Positions 44,316 to 54,508 of a stretch of DNA of 64,000 nt are shown one piece after another. Within the stretch, counting starts at the first letter, position 1; the number at the start of each line of letters is the position of its first letter. Source of the stretch: Alphaproteobacteria bacterium (GTDB lineage Bacteria; Pseudomonadota; Alphaproteobacteria; MPNO01); NCBI GenBank assembly GCA_965248835.1, contig CBDFLJ010000002.1, positions 288,001-352,000 of the forward strand. Direction: 5' to 3'. The position numbers were made by a program, and so were the translations under genes. The notes under the pieces are model-generated. The model was given only the letters and a program-made list of their open reading frames with translations, did no database searches and was not told where the DNA came from.

Positions 44316-46467
44316 TGAGGGTTCGCCAGCTGCATTCCTCCTCGTTGCAGTCGACGTTCTCCTCTCGCATTGGCCAAAGACCATGACGGCCGCCATCCCT
44401 TTCCTCGGTTCGCCCGAGCTGCTGTCGCTTGATCGAGGCCGCCACATCCATGATGGAATGTCGAGGTTGGACCCGAGCGGATGGTTTGGCCCCGGCCCAA
44501 ACGAACCGACAGGAGTAATTCGACTCGAAGATCTTAGAATGCGGCCGTCGCGCAGCTACCCGTTGGAAACGTTACTTGGACCCTTTGCTCTCAACGAGGC
44601 GGCCGACCACGAAAGACTGCATGCCCTGCTCGCCGCGGCTGCAGCGCGATTGGGGCCTCCTGAATCGGACGATACATTCGCAGAGCCGCGGCTTATGGCA
44701 CGCTACGCCCTTAACCTGACTGACCCTGCAAACTGGTCGTCCGTCGACGGCGGCCGTGCGTACATATCCCCGCCTGAGGAAGCCCGGCACATCGAGGCGC
44801 TCCAAGAAAAGCACGCGGCGCATACCCAGGATGTCCAAATCGACGCAGCGATACAGGGCGTGTTGGAAGACAGCACGCGATCAAGCCACGAGTTCGCGGA
44901 ACAGGCAGTCGCTTATACGCAGCGTCTGTCGACAGTCACGGATTCGCCCGAAGACGTCCTGCGCTCTCGAACCAACGCAATCGTCTCAGCCGCAATGGTA
45001 CTTAGTCGCGACGGCTCCGATAGGTTGCTCGACCAGCACGAAGAATGGGCGCGGAACGTGTTCGCGCCGACATTCGCAACCACCAACCACATCGCCGGTT
45101 CCGGGGGGCCTGACGGCATTCGTTTCAATCCTGTCGCGATCGCCACGCTCGGGCTCATTCACCTTTGGCAGCGACGCGGCCGCGAGGGTGACTGCATCGC
45201 GCTGCTAGAGCTCGCTGGACGAGAAGACTCCTTGGCTGCTCACGGCTTCGGCGGCGGCATCACTGTCCTTCGCGAGATCGACCCGCGGCTTGCGTCTGCC
45301 TTGCTGCGGTGTGCGCTTACCGCCCAAGTCCAGCCGAGTTGGGTTCGCCAGGACACCGAAGAAATCAAGGCAACCAAGCAGGCACAGCACAAGGAGCGGG
45401 TCGCGGGCGCAATTCAAGCCGAGCTGGCCTGGCTGAACAACGTTGGGCCGGAACCGACGTGGCCGATCTTCCCGCCTCCGATGATCTCTGTCCAGCGCGG
45501 CCTGAGGATCGGCGGCAACGATCACGCGGCGCGACGGGCCCCAGCCGTAATGCCAAGCGATCAACTCCATTCTCAGAGGGCCGCCACATGGATTAAACAG
45601 CTAACGCGCGATTCCGGTCCCGACGATTTAGACTGTATCGTGAGCTTTGTTGACGCTTACGCTGATTGGACCGCAGCGGCGAACGGCGCCGGACACCAGC
45701 CGGAGGCCAAGATCGAAGGCCGAATGGGCGAGTGGAACAGCGTTTTCTTTTCGCTTCTAGCCCGCGCCTTCGCGGCCATGACACCCGATCAGGTCGCCAC
45801 CCATGTTGCGCGCTCGGTTGCCGTTCCTGACGAGTCCTTCTTCGATGTCGCAAACGAGCTCGTGCGCATGATCGATCAAGTTCACTTCAATGGGTCCGGT
45901 TTGGACATCGACATGGCGGTCAGGTTGCGCAGCTTGCTGGCAGATCGTTTGGTTCAAACAGCTGGCTGGCGGCGCGAGTGCGATAGCTCGGAGCTCTCGG
46001 TTGAGATGCATATAGGCTCAGCGATTGCTGCGCTATTTTTTAACAATTACAGTCTATTCACAGGATCTTCTTGTGACCTGCTCGCCAAAGGGATCGATCA
46101 AGTTGAGCCCTTCCTGCCTGAACTGAGCAGATTGATCACTGATGGGCCGGTTCCGTTTACCGGGCTCTTGACAATGAGTCTCCTTGAAGTGTCGCCTAGG
46201 TCGGCCCACTTGAGTTTTTTCCTATCGAGTTCAATCACTTGGATCAAACGACAACCGACCAACACGCAGCTGTGGATCGACGTCGGGCTGGGCACTCGCG
46301 TTGCAAAGTGGCTGGAAACAGTCTTTGGGATCGACGCGACGCTCCGTGACCCATCTCATCCGCTGAGATCTCAAATGGAAGACGTTCTCGCTCGTCTAGT
46401 CCAGGCCGGCGTGGCCGACGCTCACAGGGTGGAGGGGCTACTAGTCTAAGGATTGTCTCGCGGTCGG

Positions 46468-46619
46468 TTCCGCTCCGTGGCGACCTTCAGGCCGCCATCA
46501 ACCGATTCGTCGCCGAGTACAACCAAAGCGAGGCCAAGCCATTCCGTTGGACCGCAGACCCCGACAAAATCATCCACGCCGTCAAACGCGGGTACCAGAC
46601 GTTGGATTCGATCCACTAG
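46468..46619 (+). mobile_element. Second IS630 right-end remnant (direct repeat of 40224-40376)
   Basis: About 150 bp, about 90% identical by eye to the first copy; ends CCACTAG. Confidence 0.88.
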
Positions 46620-47626
46620 CTTGCCAGCAGGTCTTTCAAGGCGGTGTCGATAAAGACCGCGTCGGTCGGGCTTCTCCCCGAGCCGGCCCAATGGCCCCAG
46701 ATCGTGGGGATCGGGCGGAACTCGGCATTGGGCATGTGGGCGGCTTCATACTCGCCGTCTTCGGGCGGGAAATACGTATCCGTCCTGCTCGGCATGACGA
46801 TCGCCCGCGCGCAGATCGAGGCGAGCGCGTCCTCGAAGCGGGAACCGTAGAGCGCATTGGCACTGATGTCGGCGTGCTGCCAGGTCCAGATTTGCGACAG
46901 GATGTTGTTGGCATCGAGCGACAGGCACCAGCGCTCCCAATAGCCGGACAGAAACGCTTCGAGCGTGGCGAACCCGAGGTCCTTGTACTTCTCCTCGCGG
47001 TAGAAGCCCTGCGAGGGCGGCCAGGGCGCCCACGCTCGGCCCAGCGCGCGCAGGCCGGCCGTCGGCGGCTCCTCGTAGTCGCCGCTGCGCCATGCCGGAT
47101 CTGCGGTCAGCACGGCCCGCATGCCTTCGAGAAAGGCAGTGTTGTGGATCGATGTCCGCGCCGACCCGCAGATCGGCGCGATGCGTTCGACCATGTCCGG
47201 AAACAGCGCCGCCCAGTGATAGGTCTGGATCGCACCCATCGAATGGCCGAAGGCGAGCGCGACGCTTTCGATGCCGAACAGCTCGGCGACCAGCTTCCGC
47301 TGCATTTGGACATTGTCGTAGATGGTGACGTCAGGGAAGCGCGCCTTGTCCGATGGCGGCGGTGTGTTGCTCGGCGAGGACGACAAACCATTGCCGGTCG
47401 TATTCATGATGATGATGAAATACTTGCCCGGGTCGATCGCCTTGTCCTGGCCGATGAAGTGTTCGCAGTCTTTGTCGCGCGCGCTGAACGGCGTGAAGCA
47501 CAGCACGACGTTGCTCTTGGCCGCGTTGAGCGTGCCATGCGTGGCATAGGCGATCTTCGCGCCCGGCAACGTTCGGCCCGACTGCAGCACGACCGCGCCG
47601 GCTTCGAATATCTGGTGGTCGGTCAT
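46616..47626 (-). CDS. Homoserine O-acetyltransferase-like alpha/beta hydrolase
   Basis: IAYATHGTLN, GNGLSSSPSN, GHSMGA, DTYFPPED, IWGHWAG; start at MTDHQIFE. Confidence 0.85.
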   Translation of the reverse strand: MTDHQIFEAGAVVLQSGRTLPGAKIAYATHGTLNAAKSNVVLCFTPFSARDKDCEHFIGQDKAIDPGKYFIIIMNTTGNGLSSSPSNTPPPSDKARFPDVTIYDNVQMQRKLVAELFGIESVALAFGHSMGAIQTYHWAALFPDMVERIAPICGSARTSIHNTAFLEGMRAVLTADPAWRSGDYEEPPTAGLRALGRAWAPWPPSQGFYREEKYKDLGFATLEAFLSGYWERWCLSLDANNILSQIWTWQHADISANALYGSRFEDALASICARAIVMPSRTDTYFPPEDGEYEAAHMPNAEFRPIPTIWGHWAGSGRSPTDAVFIDTALKDLLAS

Positions 47627-47629
47627 CCT

Positions 47630-48255
47630 ACGATCCTCCAAGCGGACCTCGGCCCGATCGCCGAAGACCTCGTTGACCTGTGCGCGGCATTGTTCGGCGC
47701 GTCGGTACAGCGCCTCCGCCCTGTCCGGCGGACAGCTCAACCCGTCCTCGATCATCTCGCGCAGCTTCGGGCTCATCCGCTCCTTGTGGTTTCGATAGTC
47801 CTCACCCAGCGTGCGGGTCAGCCCGACCTTGAGGATCTCCGTATGGATCTCCAACAGATCGTCATATTGCGCCGGCAATCCGACCTCGTCGACCGCCGCC
47901 CCCAGTTCGGCCAGCCGCGCTGCCGCACCCTCCACCGCATCGATGCTGGATTGCTCCGCATGGAACCACATGGGAGTCCGGCACAACCCGATCCGCGGAC
48001 TGCGGTCGAGCCCGTCAGCCAGCGGCCGCGGCGTCTGGTCGTGGACGACCGCGAAGAAGCTCGCCAGGTCGTCGAAGCTGCGCCCCATATAGCCGAGCGT
48101 GTCGAAGCTCGGCTCCAGCGGCAAAATTACCGTGAGGTCGGTGATGCCGCGCGTCGGTTTGAAGGCACAGATCCCGCGGAACGAGGCCGGACGGATCAGC
48201 GAGCCTGCGGTCTGGTTGCCGAAGGCGATGGGCACCATATGGTCTCGGTGGTCGG
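47630..48255 (-). pseudogene. Amidase-signature fragment lacking both termini
   Basis: AFGNQTAGSLIRPASFRGICAFKPT...SFDTLG; no N-terminal Lys/GGSSSG region and no C-terminus. Confidence 0.7.
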
Positions 48256-48401
48256 CTGCAAGGTTTTTTTGTTCCAACCCGATCCTTCCTCTGCAGCCGT
48301 GGAAAACCCTATTCTTGCCGCACGCGTTCCATGCAACCGCGAGATGCCGCGGCGTTCGAGTCGTCCGTCGAAGACCCTTCTCGCAACCGGGGATGAAAGC
48401 C

Positions 48402-49445
48402 ATGACCCACGCAGAAATCGGCCCGAAACTGGCCCGCGCCGCGGATGTCCTTGCGCGGGACATGATGTGCATATCCAAAGGCGAGAGCGTCCTGATTACG
48501 ACCGACACCGGGACCGACATCGTCGGGGTCCAGGCGGTCCAGGATGCCGCCTACCGGCTGGGCGCGAAGGTCGCCTCGATCGTGCTGGCGCCGCCGCTCC
48601 CGTTTCAGGGCGGCCTGGCGGACGCGTTTCTCCCTGACCACGTCAAGGCGGCGACCGGCGAATGCGATGCCTGGATCGACCTGTGCATGCCGTATCTGGC
48701 CGGCTCGAAGGCCTTCGATCGCGCGATGGAGAAGGGCCGCGCGCGATATTTCCTCGGCGCCGATATCGGGGCCGAGGAAATCGTCCGTCTGATGGGCGGG
48801 GCCGAACTCGACGCAATGTTTGCGCTGGGCGATGCGTTCGGTGCGCTGATGGCGGAGTCTGCCGGCAAGGAATGCCGCATTACCAACGCGGCCGGCACCG
48901 ATGTCGGTTTCACGCTGGCCAAGCCCGAAGGCTTCGCGCTGGCCAAGGCGACCAAGCCCGGCGGCTATTTCGTGCCGGGCACGATCGTGTTCATGCCCGA
49001 ATTGGAGTCGGTCCGCGGCTCGGTGGTCACCAGCAACATGTTCCATGAGTATTACACCGAGCTCGGCGAGCCGATGACGCTCAGGATCGACGGCAAGGTC
49101 CAGGAGGTCATCGGCGGCGGTCCGGAGAACAAGGTCATGCAGCGCGCGCTGGCCCGCGCGGGGAACGGGGATTTCGGCTACGTGGTCCATTTCACCTGCG
49201 GTTTTCATCCCGCTGCGCGCTATACCGGCAAGTGTTTCATCGAGGACCAGCGCGTCGCCGGCTACAACGCTATCGGTCTCGGCTTGCCGTTCTGGGTGCC
49301 CGGCGGAGGCGAGAACCATCCCGACTGCGTGATCTCGATGCAGTCGATGTGGGTCGACGGGCAACAGGTTCTCCAAGACGGCGTGATCATCGCACCCGAG
49401 CACCTCGTGGCGATGTCCAAGGAGCTGCTTCCGATCTACGCATAG
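48402..49445 (+). CDS. M29 aminopeptidase/NicX-fold metalloprotein
   Basis: GESVLITTD, RITNAAGTD, VVHFTCGFHP, GENHPDCV, MWVDGQQVLQDG. Confidence 0.65.
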   Translation: MTHAEIGPKLARAADVLARDMMCISKGESVLITTDTGTDIVGVQAVQDAAYRLGAKVASIVLAPPLPFQGGLADAFLPDHVKAATGECDAWIDLCMPYLAGSKAFDRAMEKGRARYFLGADIGAEEIVRLMGGAELDAMFALGDAFGALMAESAGKECRITNAAGTDVGFTLAKPEGFALAKATKPGGYFVPGTIVFMPELESVRGSVVTSNMFHEYYTELGEPMTLRIDGKVQEVIGGGPENKVMQRALARAGNGDFGYVVHFTCGFHPAARYTGKCFIEDQRVAGYNAIGLGLPFWVPGGGENHPDCVISMQSMWVDGQQVLQDGVIIAPEHLVAMSKELLPIYA

Positions 49446-49519
49446 GCGCGCTCAGCGGTCCAACAGCCGGGCTGCGTTGTCATGCAGCACCTTTCGTAAA
49501 GCGTCCGGTTGGAAGGGGA

Positions 49520-49644
49520 AGGCCTTGAACCTGTCGGAGGTCTGTCTTTCGAGCCTGCCGTTTCTCGGCTGTTCGGTGCTCCTTGTCGTCCTGATCATCT
49601 TGTTTCCCGATATCGCGCTTTACCTGCCCCGAATGGCGCAGTAA
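49520..49644 (+). pseudogene. Orphan C-terminal remnant of a TRAP DctM
   Basis: Frame reads LNLSEVCLSSLPFLGCSVLLVVLIILFPDIALYLPRMAQ*; compare the dctM end FPEISLFLPQLMR*. Confidence 0.6.
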
Positions 49645-49684
49645 CGCCGCGCCCGGTCGCGCCGCGTGACTTCGGAGCGTCCGA

Positions 49685-50134
49685 TCAGACCGCTTGTCCG
49701 TCGTTTTCTTCCCCGGCCCGCGCGGTCGCCGCGTCGGGGAACACGCACTTTATGGCGTGCATGGCAATCTGTTCGTCTTCAAACGACTTGACCCCGGAAA
49801 TGCCCACCGCGCCGACCAGATGGCCGTCGATTATGATCGGCAAGCCGCCCTGCGCGGCCAGGAACGGGAATGTCGCATAGGCCCTGTGAGTGGTTTCGAT
49901 CCAATGTTCCCAGACGCCGCTCGGGCGGCACGTCATCGCGGAGGTGTTGACCTTGGCCAGCGCGATCTCGTCGTTGCCCGGACGCGCGCCGTCCATGCGG
50001 TGGACGGCGATGATGCGTCCGCCGTCGTTGACGATGGCGACCACGACTTCCCAGTTGTTTCGCCGAGCCTTGTCCTCGGCCGCGGCCATGAGCTGCTTGG
50101 CATCGTCCAGAGTGAGCGCAGGCTTGGTGATCAT
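49685..50134 (-). CDS. GlcG/HbpS family heme-binding protein
   Basis: VAIVNDGG, RMDGA, IALAKVNTS, GGLPI, GAVGISG. Confidence 0.88.
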   Translation of the reverse strand: MITKPALTLDDAKQLMAAAEDKARRNNWEVVVAIVNDGGRIIAVHRMDGARPGNDEIALAKVNTSAMTCRPSGVWEHWIETTHRAYATFPFLAAQGGLPIIIDGHLVGAVGISGVKSFEDEQIAMHAIKCVFPDAATARAGEENDGQAV

Positions 50135-50317
50135 TTGCGATTCCCTCCGCGGTTTGCGGTCTTGCGATCCAGGCGATCGGTCTGCTTAGCACACCGATGT
50201 CCGGCAACGAAAAGACCTGGCGGGCGCGACTTGTCCAAAGGGCGGTTTGCAGCCATCCTTGGTCCGTCCGGGGCCGGCGAAGGGCGCGGGTCCTCGGTCG
50301 TGCCGGAGGGAATGGTC

Positions 50318-51151
50318 ATGGCCTACGAGACGATCAGCGTGACGCCGATGTCGCCCAATATCGGCGGCCTCGTCGGCGGTATCGACCTGAACGAACCCCT
50401 TGGCCGGTCGGTCGTTCGGGACCTTCACGAAGCCCTGATGGAGCATCAGGTGCTGTTCTTCCGGGACCAGAAGCTCACCCATGACACCCACAAGGCGTTG
50501 GGCGAGCATTTCGGCAGGCTGCATATCAGCGTTGGCGGCGACGGCACCAACTCCAAACAGCTGAACGACCATCCCGAGGTCCGGGCGCTGCACTTCGACG
50601 AGAACTCGAAGTCGGTGTCCGGCAATGAGATGTGGCACACCGACCAGTCGTGCCTCGAGACGCCGCCGATGGGTAGCATCCTTTATATCCACACCGTCCC
50701 GCCGGCCGGCGGCGGGGACACGGTGTTCGCCAGCATGTATGCGGCATACGAGGCGCTGTCACCCAATATGAAGCGCTATCTCGAGGGCATGACGGCGCTG
50801 CACGACGGCGCGGGCGCCTTCGCCCGGACGGCGACGAACAACCTGCCGGTCACCGAACAGCCGGTCGTCGCCAAGCATCCGGTGACCGGCCGCAAGCTGC
50901 TCTACGTCAATCCCACTTTCACCACCCGCCTTTGCGGGGTGCCGCGGGGCGAGAGCGAGGCGATTCTGTCCTATCTGTGCGATCACTGCGAGCATCCGAA
51001 TTTCCAGGTGCGCTTCCACTGGGAACCCCATTCGGTCGCCTTCTGGGACAACCGGTGCACGCACCACCTGGCGCTCTGGGACTATTACCCCAATGTCCGG
51101 TCGGGCTACCGCATCCAGATCAAAGGCACCGATCCGGTGATCCCAGGCTGA
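50318..51151 (+). CDS. TauD/TfdA family dioxygenase
   Basis: HQVLFFRDQ, WHTDQ, GGDTVFASM, FWDNRCTHH. Confidence 0.9.
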   Translation: MAYETISVTPMSPNIGGLVGGIDLNEPLGRSVVRDLHEALMEHQVLFFRDQKLTHDTHKALGEHFGRLHISVGGDGTNSKQLNDHPEVRALHFDENSKSVSGNEMWHTDQSCLETPPMGSILYIHTVPPAGGGDTVFASMYAAYEALSPNMKRYLEGMTALHDGAGAFARTATNNLPVTEQPVVAKHPVTGRKLLYVNPTFTTRLCGVPRGESEAILSYLCDHCEHPNFQVRFHWEPHSVAFWDNRCTHHLALWDYYPNVRSGYRIQIKGTDPVIPG

Positions 51152-51193
51152 GCGCGCTCGATTTCGGCCACCATCCGTTCGGACATCCCGGCG

Positions 51194-53293
51194 TCAGCCT
51201 TCGATTTGAGAGAAATCCGCGACCGCGCCCATGGTCTCGCGAATCTCGCTCAACAGCCTTAACCGGTTCGCGCGCAGCCCGGCGTCCTTGGAATTGACCG
51301 TGACGCAGTCGAAAAATGCATCGACGGGGCCGCGCAAATCCGCCAGCACTGTCATCGCGTCATCGAAGCGCTCGGCGGCAACCAGCGGCGCGGCCTTCCT
51401 GCGGGCCTCCTCGAGCGCGCCGTGGAGCGCGGCCTCCTCGGGCTCGGCCAGCAGCGCCGCATCCGACGGGCCGGCGAGGGCGGCGCCGTCCTTCTTCTCC
51501 TCGATCGCGACGATGTTGCTCGCGCGCTTGTGCGCGATCAACAGATTGGCACCATCCTCCGCACTCAGGAACCGTTCCAGCGCGGCAACCCGAGCCAGGA
51601 GCCGGACCAGGTCATCCTCCCCGCCAAGCTCGAAGACCGCCGCGATCAGGTCGTGACGCACGCCCTGGGCGCGCAGGTGGACCTTCAGCCTGTCGGCGAA
51701 GAAGCCGAGCAACGCGGCCTCCAGGATCTTGGGCCTGTGGCCACCGTCGCGCTGGGCCTCGAAGTCCGGCACGGTCTCGTTGTAGCCCCAATAAGCCTTG
51801 CGGATGACCTCGCGCAGGCTCAGGCGAATGCCGTTCTCGATCACCAGGCGGATGATGCCGAGCGCGGCGCGGCGCAGCGCGTAAGGATCGCCCGAGCCGG
51901 TCGGGCGTTCGCCGACCGCGAAGAACCCGACCAGCGTATCCAACTTATCGGCCATCGCCAGCGCCACCGACAGCGGCGCCCGCGGGCAGTCATCGCCCGG
52001 ACCCTGGGGCGCGTAATGCTCGGCCACCGCCAGCGCCACCGCCTCGCCCCAGCCGTCATGCCGCGCGTAGTGGCCGCCCATGGTCCCTTGCAGCTCGGGG
52101 AACTCGTAGACCATCTCGGTGGTGAGATCCGCCTTGGCCAGGCGTGCCGCGCTGCGCGCCAGCTCGGCATCGGCGCCCGGCAGGAAAGCCGCGATCTCGC
52201 CGGCCAGCGCCTCGATGCGGGCGACCTTGTGGACAAGCGAGCCGAGCCCTGCGTGGAAGACCATCGGCTGCAAGGCATCGACGCGCGATGCGAGCGAGGA
52301 TTTCCGGTCCTGGTCCCAGAAGAACTTGGCGTCCGACAGCCGGGCACGCAGCACGCGCTCGTTGCCGGCGACGATCCCGGCGCCGCCGTCGGGCGCCTCG
52401 GTGTTGGCGACCACGACGAAGCGCGGCGCGAGCGTGCCATCGGGCGCGAGCACGGAGAAGTATTTCTGGTGGGTGCGCATCGCGGTGGTCAGCACCTCTG
52501 CGGGGACGTCCATGAACGCCTCGTCGATGCGTCCCATCAGCGGCACCGGCCACTCGACCAGCCCGGCCACCTCTTCGAGCAGCCCCTTGTCCTCCTTGAC
52601 GCTCAGCCCCTCGGCGGCGGCGAGCGCGGCTGCCCCATCGGCGATGATCTGCCGCCGCTCGGCCGGATCGAGCACGACATGGGCGGTGCGCAGCGCCTCA
52701 TGGTATTGCGCGAAGGAGGTAACCTCGATCGGGCCGGGATCGAGGAACCTGTGGCCGGTGGTCACCGCGCCCACCGGGACACCGCCCGGAAGATCGAAAG
52801 CCAGCGGCGCGCCGTCGAACACACACAGCCCGCGCTCGAGCGTGCGCACCCAGCGGTCGTGCCCCGCGCCCCAGCGCATCGACTTGGGCCAGGTCAGCGC
52901 CGCGACCGCCGCGGCAAGACGGTCCGGCAGCACTTCGGTGGTCGGCCTGCCGGCGCGCTCGAGGACCGCGAACCAGAAAGTCCCCTTGCCCGCCTTGCGC
53001 TGCTCGCACTGGTCGCGTGTCACGCCGTTGGCGCGCAGAAAGCCCTGGATCGCCTTTTCAGGCGCATCGATACGCGGGCCGCGCTTTTCCTCGCGCACGT
53101 CCGGCTGGCGGTCGGGCAGCCCGTCGACGACCAGCGCCAGCCGCCGCGGGGTGACGTAGGCCACGGGCGGATCAAAGGAAAGCCCGGCCGCGGCGAGCTG
53201 CTCGCCCACCAGCCGCGCCAGCCCGGCTGCCCCGCGCGCCTGCATGCGGGCAGGAATCTCCTCGGAGAACAGCTCCAGGACCAGTTCAGCCAT
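51194..53293 (-). CDS. glyS: Glycine--tRNA ligase beta subunit
   Basis: [36 protein letters not shown]. Confidence 0.97.
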   Translation of the reverse strand: MAELVLELFSEEIPARMQARGAAGLARLVGEQLAAAGLSFDPPVAYVTPRRLALVVDGLPDRQPDVREEKRGPRIDAPEKAIQGFLRANGVTRDQCEQRKAGKGTFWFAVLERAGRPTTEVLPDRLAAAVAALTWPKSMRWGAGHDRWVRTLERGLCVFDGAPLAFDLPGGVPVGAVTTGHRFLDPGPIEVTSFAQYHEALRTAHVVLDPAERRQIIADGAAALAAAEGLSVKEDKGLLEEVAGLVEWPVPLMGRIDEAFMDVPAEVLTTAMRTHQKYFSVLAPDGTLAPRFVVVANTEAPDGGAGIVAGNERVLRARLSDAKFFWDQDRKSSLASRVDALQPMVFHAGLGSLVHKVARIEALAGEIAAFLPGADAELARSAARLAKADLTTEMVYEFPELQGTMGGHYARHDGWGEAVALAVAEHYAPQGPGDDCPRAPLSVALAMADKLDTLVGFFAVGERPTGSGDPYALRRAALGIIRLVIENGIRLSLREVIRKAYWGYNETVPDFEAQRDGGHRPKILEAALLGFFADRLKVHLRAQGVRHDLIAAVFELGGEDDLVRLLARVAALERFLSAEDGANLLIAHKRASNIVAIEEKKDGAALAGPSDAALLAEPEEAALHGALEEARRKAAPLVAAERFDDAMTVLADLRGPVDAFFDCVTVNSKDAGLRANRLRLLSEIRETMGAVADFSQIEG

Positions 53294-54167
53294 TCTCGGG
53301 CGCCGCCCTGCTTTCGAGCCAGGCCTCGCAGCAGCCCTTGGCCAGGGCGCGGACGCGGCCGATATAGGCGGCCCGCTCGGTCACGCTGATTGCGCCCCTG
53401 GCATCGAGGAGATTGAAGACGTGGCTTGCCTTGATGCACTGGTCGTAGGCTGGAAGCGCGAGGTGCCGGCCGAGCAGCGCCCGGCATTCGGCCTCGGCGA
53501 AGCCGAATTGCTGCGACAGAATTTCGGTATCGGCGTGCTCGAAGTTATACGCAGAGAACTCGCGCTCGGCCTGGTGGAAGACCCCGCCATAGGTCACCCC
53601 GGCGCCATTGAAGTCGAGGTCGTAGACGTTCTCCACGCCCTGGATGTACATCGCCAGCCGTTCGAGCCCGTAGGTGAACTCGACCGAGACCGGGTCGCAT
53701 TCGATCCCGCCGACCTGCTGGAAATAGGTGAACTGGGTGATTTCCATGCCGTCGCACCAGACCTCCCAGCCGAGCCCGGCGGCGCCCAGCGTCGGACTCT
53801 CCCAATCGTCCTCGACGAACCGGATGTCGTGACGGGCCGGATCGATCCCGAGCTCCGTCAGACTCGCCAAATAGAGGTCCTGGCTGCGCGGCGGCGAAGG
53901 CTTGAGGATCACCTGGTACTGGTAGTAGTGCTGCAGCCGGTTGGGGTTCTCGCCGTAGCGCCCGTCGGTCGGCCGGCGCGAGGGCTGGACATAGGCTGCG
54001 CGCCACGGCTCGGGGCCGAGCGCCCGGAGCGTGGTGGCGGGGTGGAAGGTGCCGGCGCCGACCTCCATGTCGTAGGGCTGCAGGATCACGCAGCCCTGCC
54101 GCGCCCAATAGGCGTGGAGCTTGAGGATCAGACCCTGGAAGGACGTGTCCGGCGCGTCGCTCGACAT
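53286..54167 (-). CDS. glyQ: Glycine--tRNA ligase alpha subunit
   Basis: [27 protein letters not shown]. Confidence 0.98.
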   Translation of the reverse strand: MSSDAPDTSFQGLILKLHAYWARQGCVILQPYDMEVGAGTFHPATTLRALGPEPWRAAYVQPSRRPTDGRYGENPNRLQHYYQYQVILKPSPPRSQDLYLASLTELGIDPARHDIRFVEDDWESPTLGAAGLGWEVWCDGMEITQFTYFQQVGGIECDPVSVEFTYGLERLAMYIQGVENVYDLDFNGAGVTYGGVFHQAEREFSAYNFEHADTEILSQQFGFAEAECRALLGRHLALPAYDQCIKASHVFNLLDARGAISVTERAAYIGRVRALAKGCCEAWLESRAAPENG

Positions 54168-54240
54168 GGCATCACGGAGGGCCGGCTTGCGGCGCGGGCA
54201 ACCTACGCGGCGCCCTGGTCCGGGTCAAGCAAACCGCCGC

Positions 54241-54468
54241 TCAGGCGCACTCATGGGGACCGCCCGCCGGCACGAAGGCGCCGCAGCGCGGACAAGGCTC
54301 GAGATCTTCGCCGGTCCGCTCCGGTGCGGCCTTTCGGGCGCGGGCCAGACGGTCCTTCTCCCTGTCCTTGCGGACCTGCTGGTAGCGCGACAGCCAGCGG
54401 AACCCGTACCAGACGAGCGCGATGATCGCGGCGAGCGCGATCAGCTTTTGCAGGCTGAATCCGAGCAT
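54241..54468 (-). CDS. Small membrane protein with C-terminal CxxC knuckle
   Basis: MLGFSLQKLIALAAIIALVWYGF TM segment; EDLEPCPRCGAFV. Confidence 0.7.
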   Translation of the reverse strand: MLGFSLQKLIALAAIIALVWYGFRWLSRYQQVRKDREKDRLARARKAAPERTGEDLEPCPRCGAFVPAGGPHECA

Positions 54469-54508
54469 GGCTCCGTTGCCCCGAATGGTTGAACCGGCAG
54501 AGATTTCC

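Larger units (their letters stand above)
40387..46449 (+). pseudogene. PD-(D/E)XK nuclease-STAND NTPase (Avs/NLR-like), interrupted by an IS
   Basis: LDDVVV...LEVQVK nuclease motif; Walker A GDPGVGKS, Walker B LFVDSLD, VIVTAR, FRHDVLRDW; removing the IS plus one TGA copy restores one 1705-aa frame. Confidence 0.8.
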
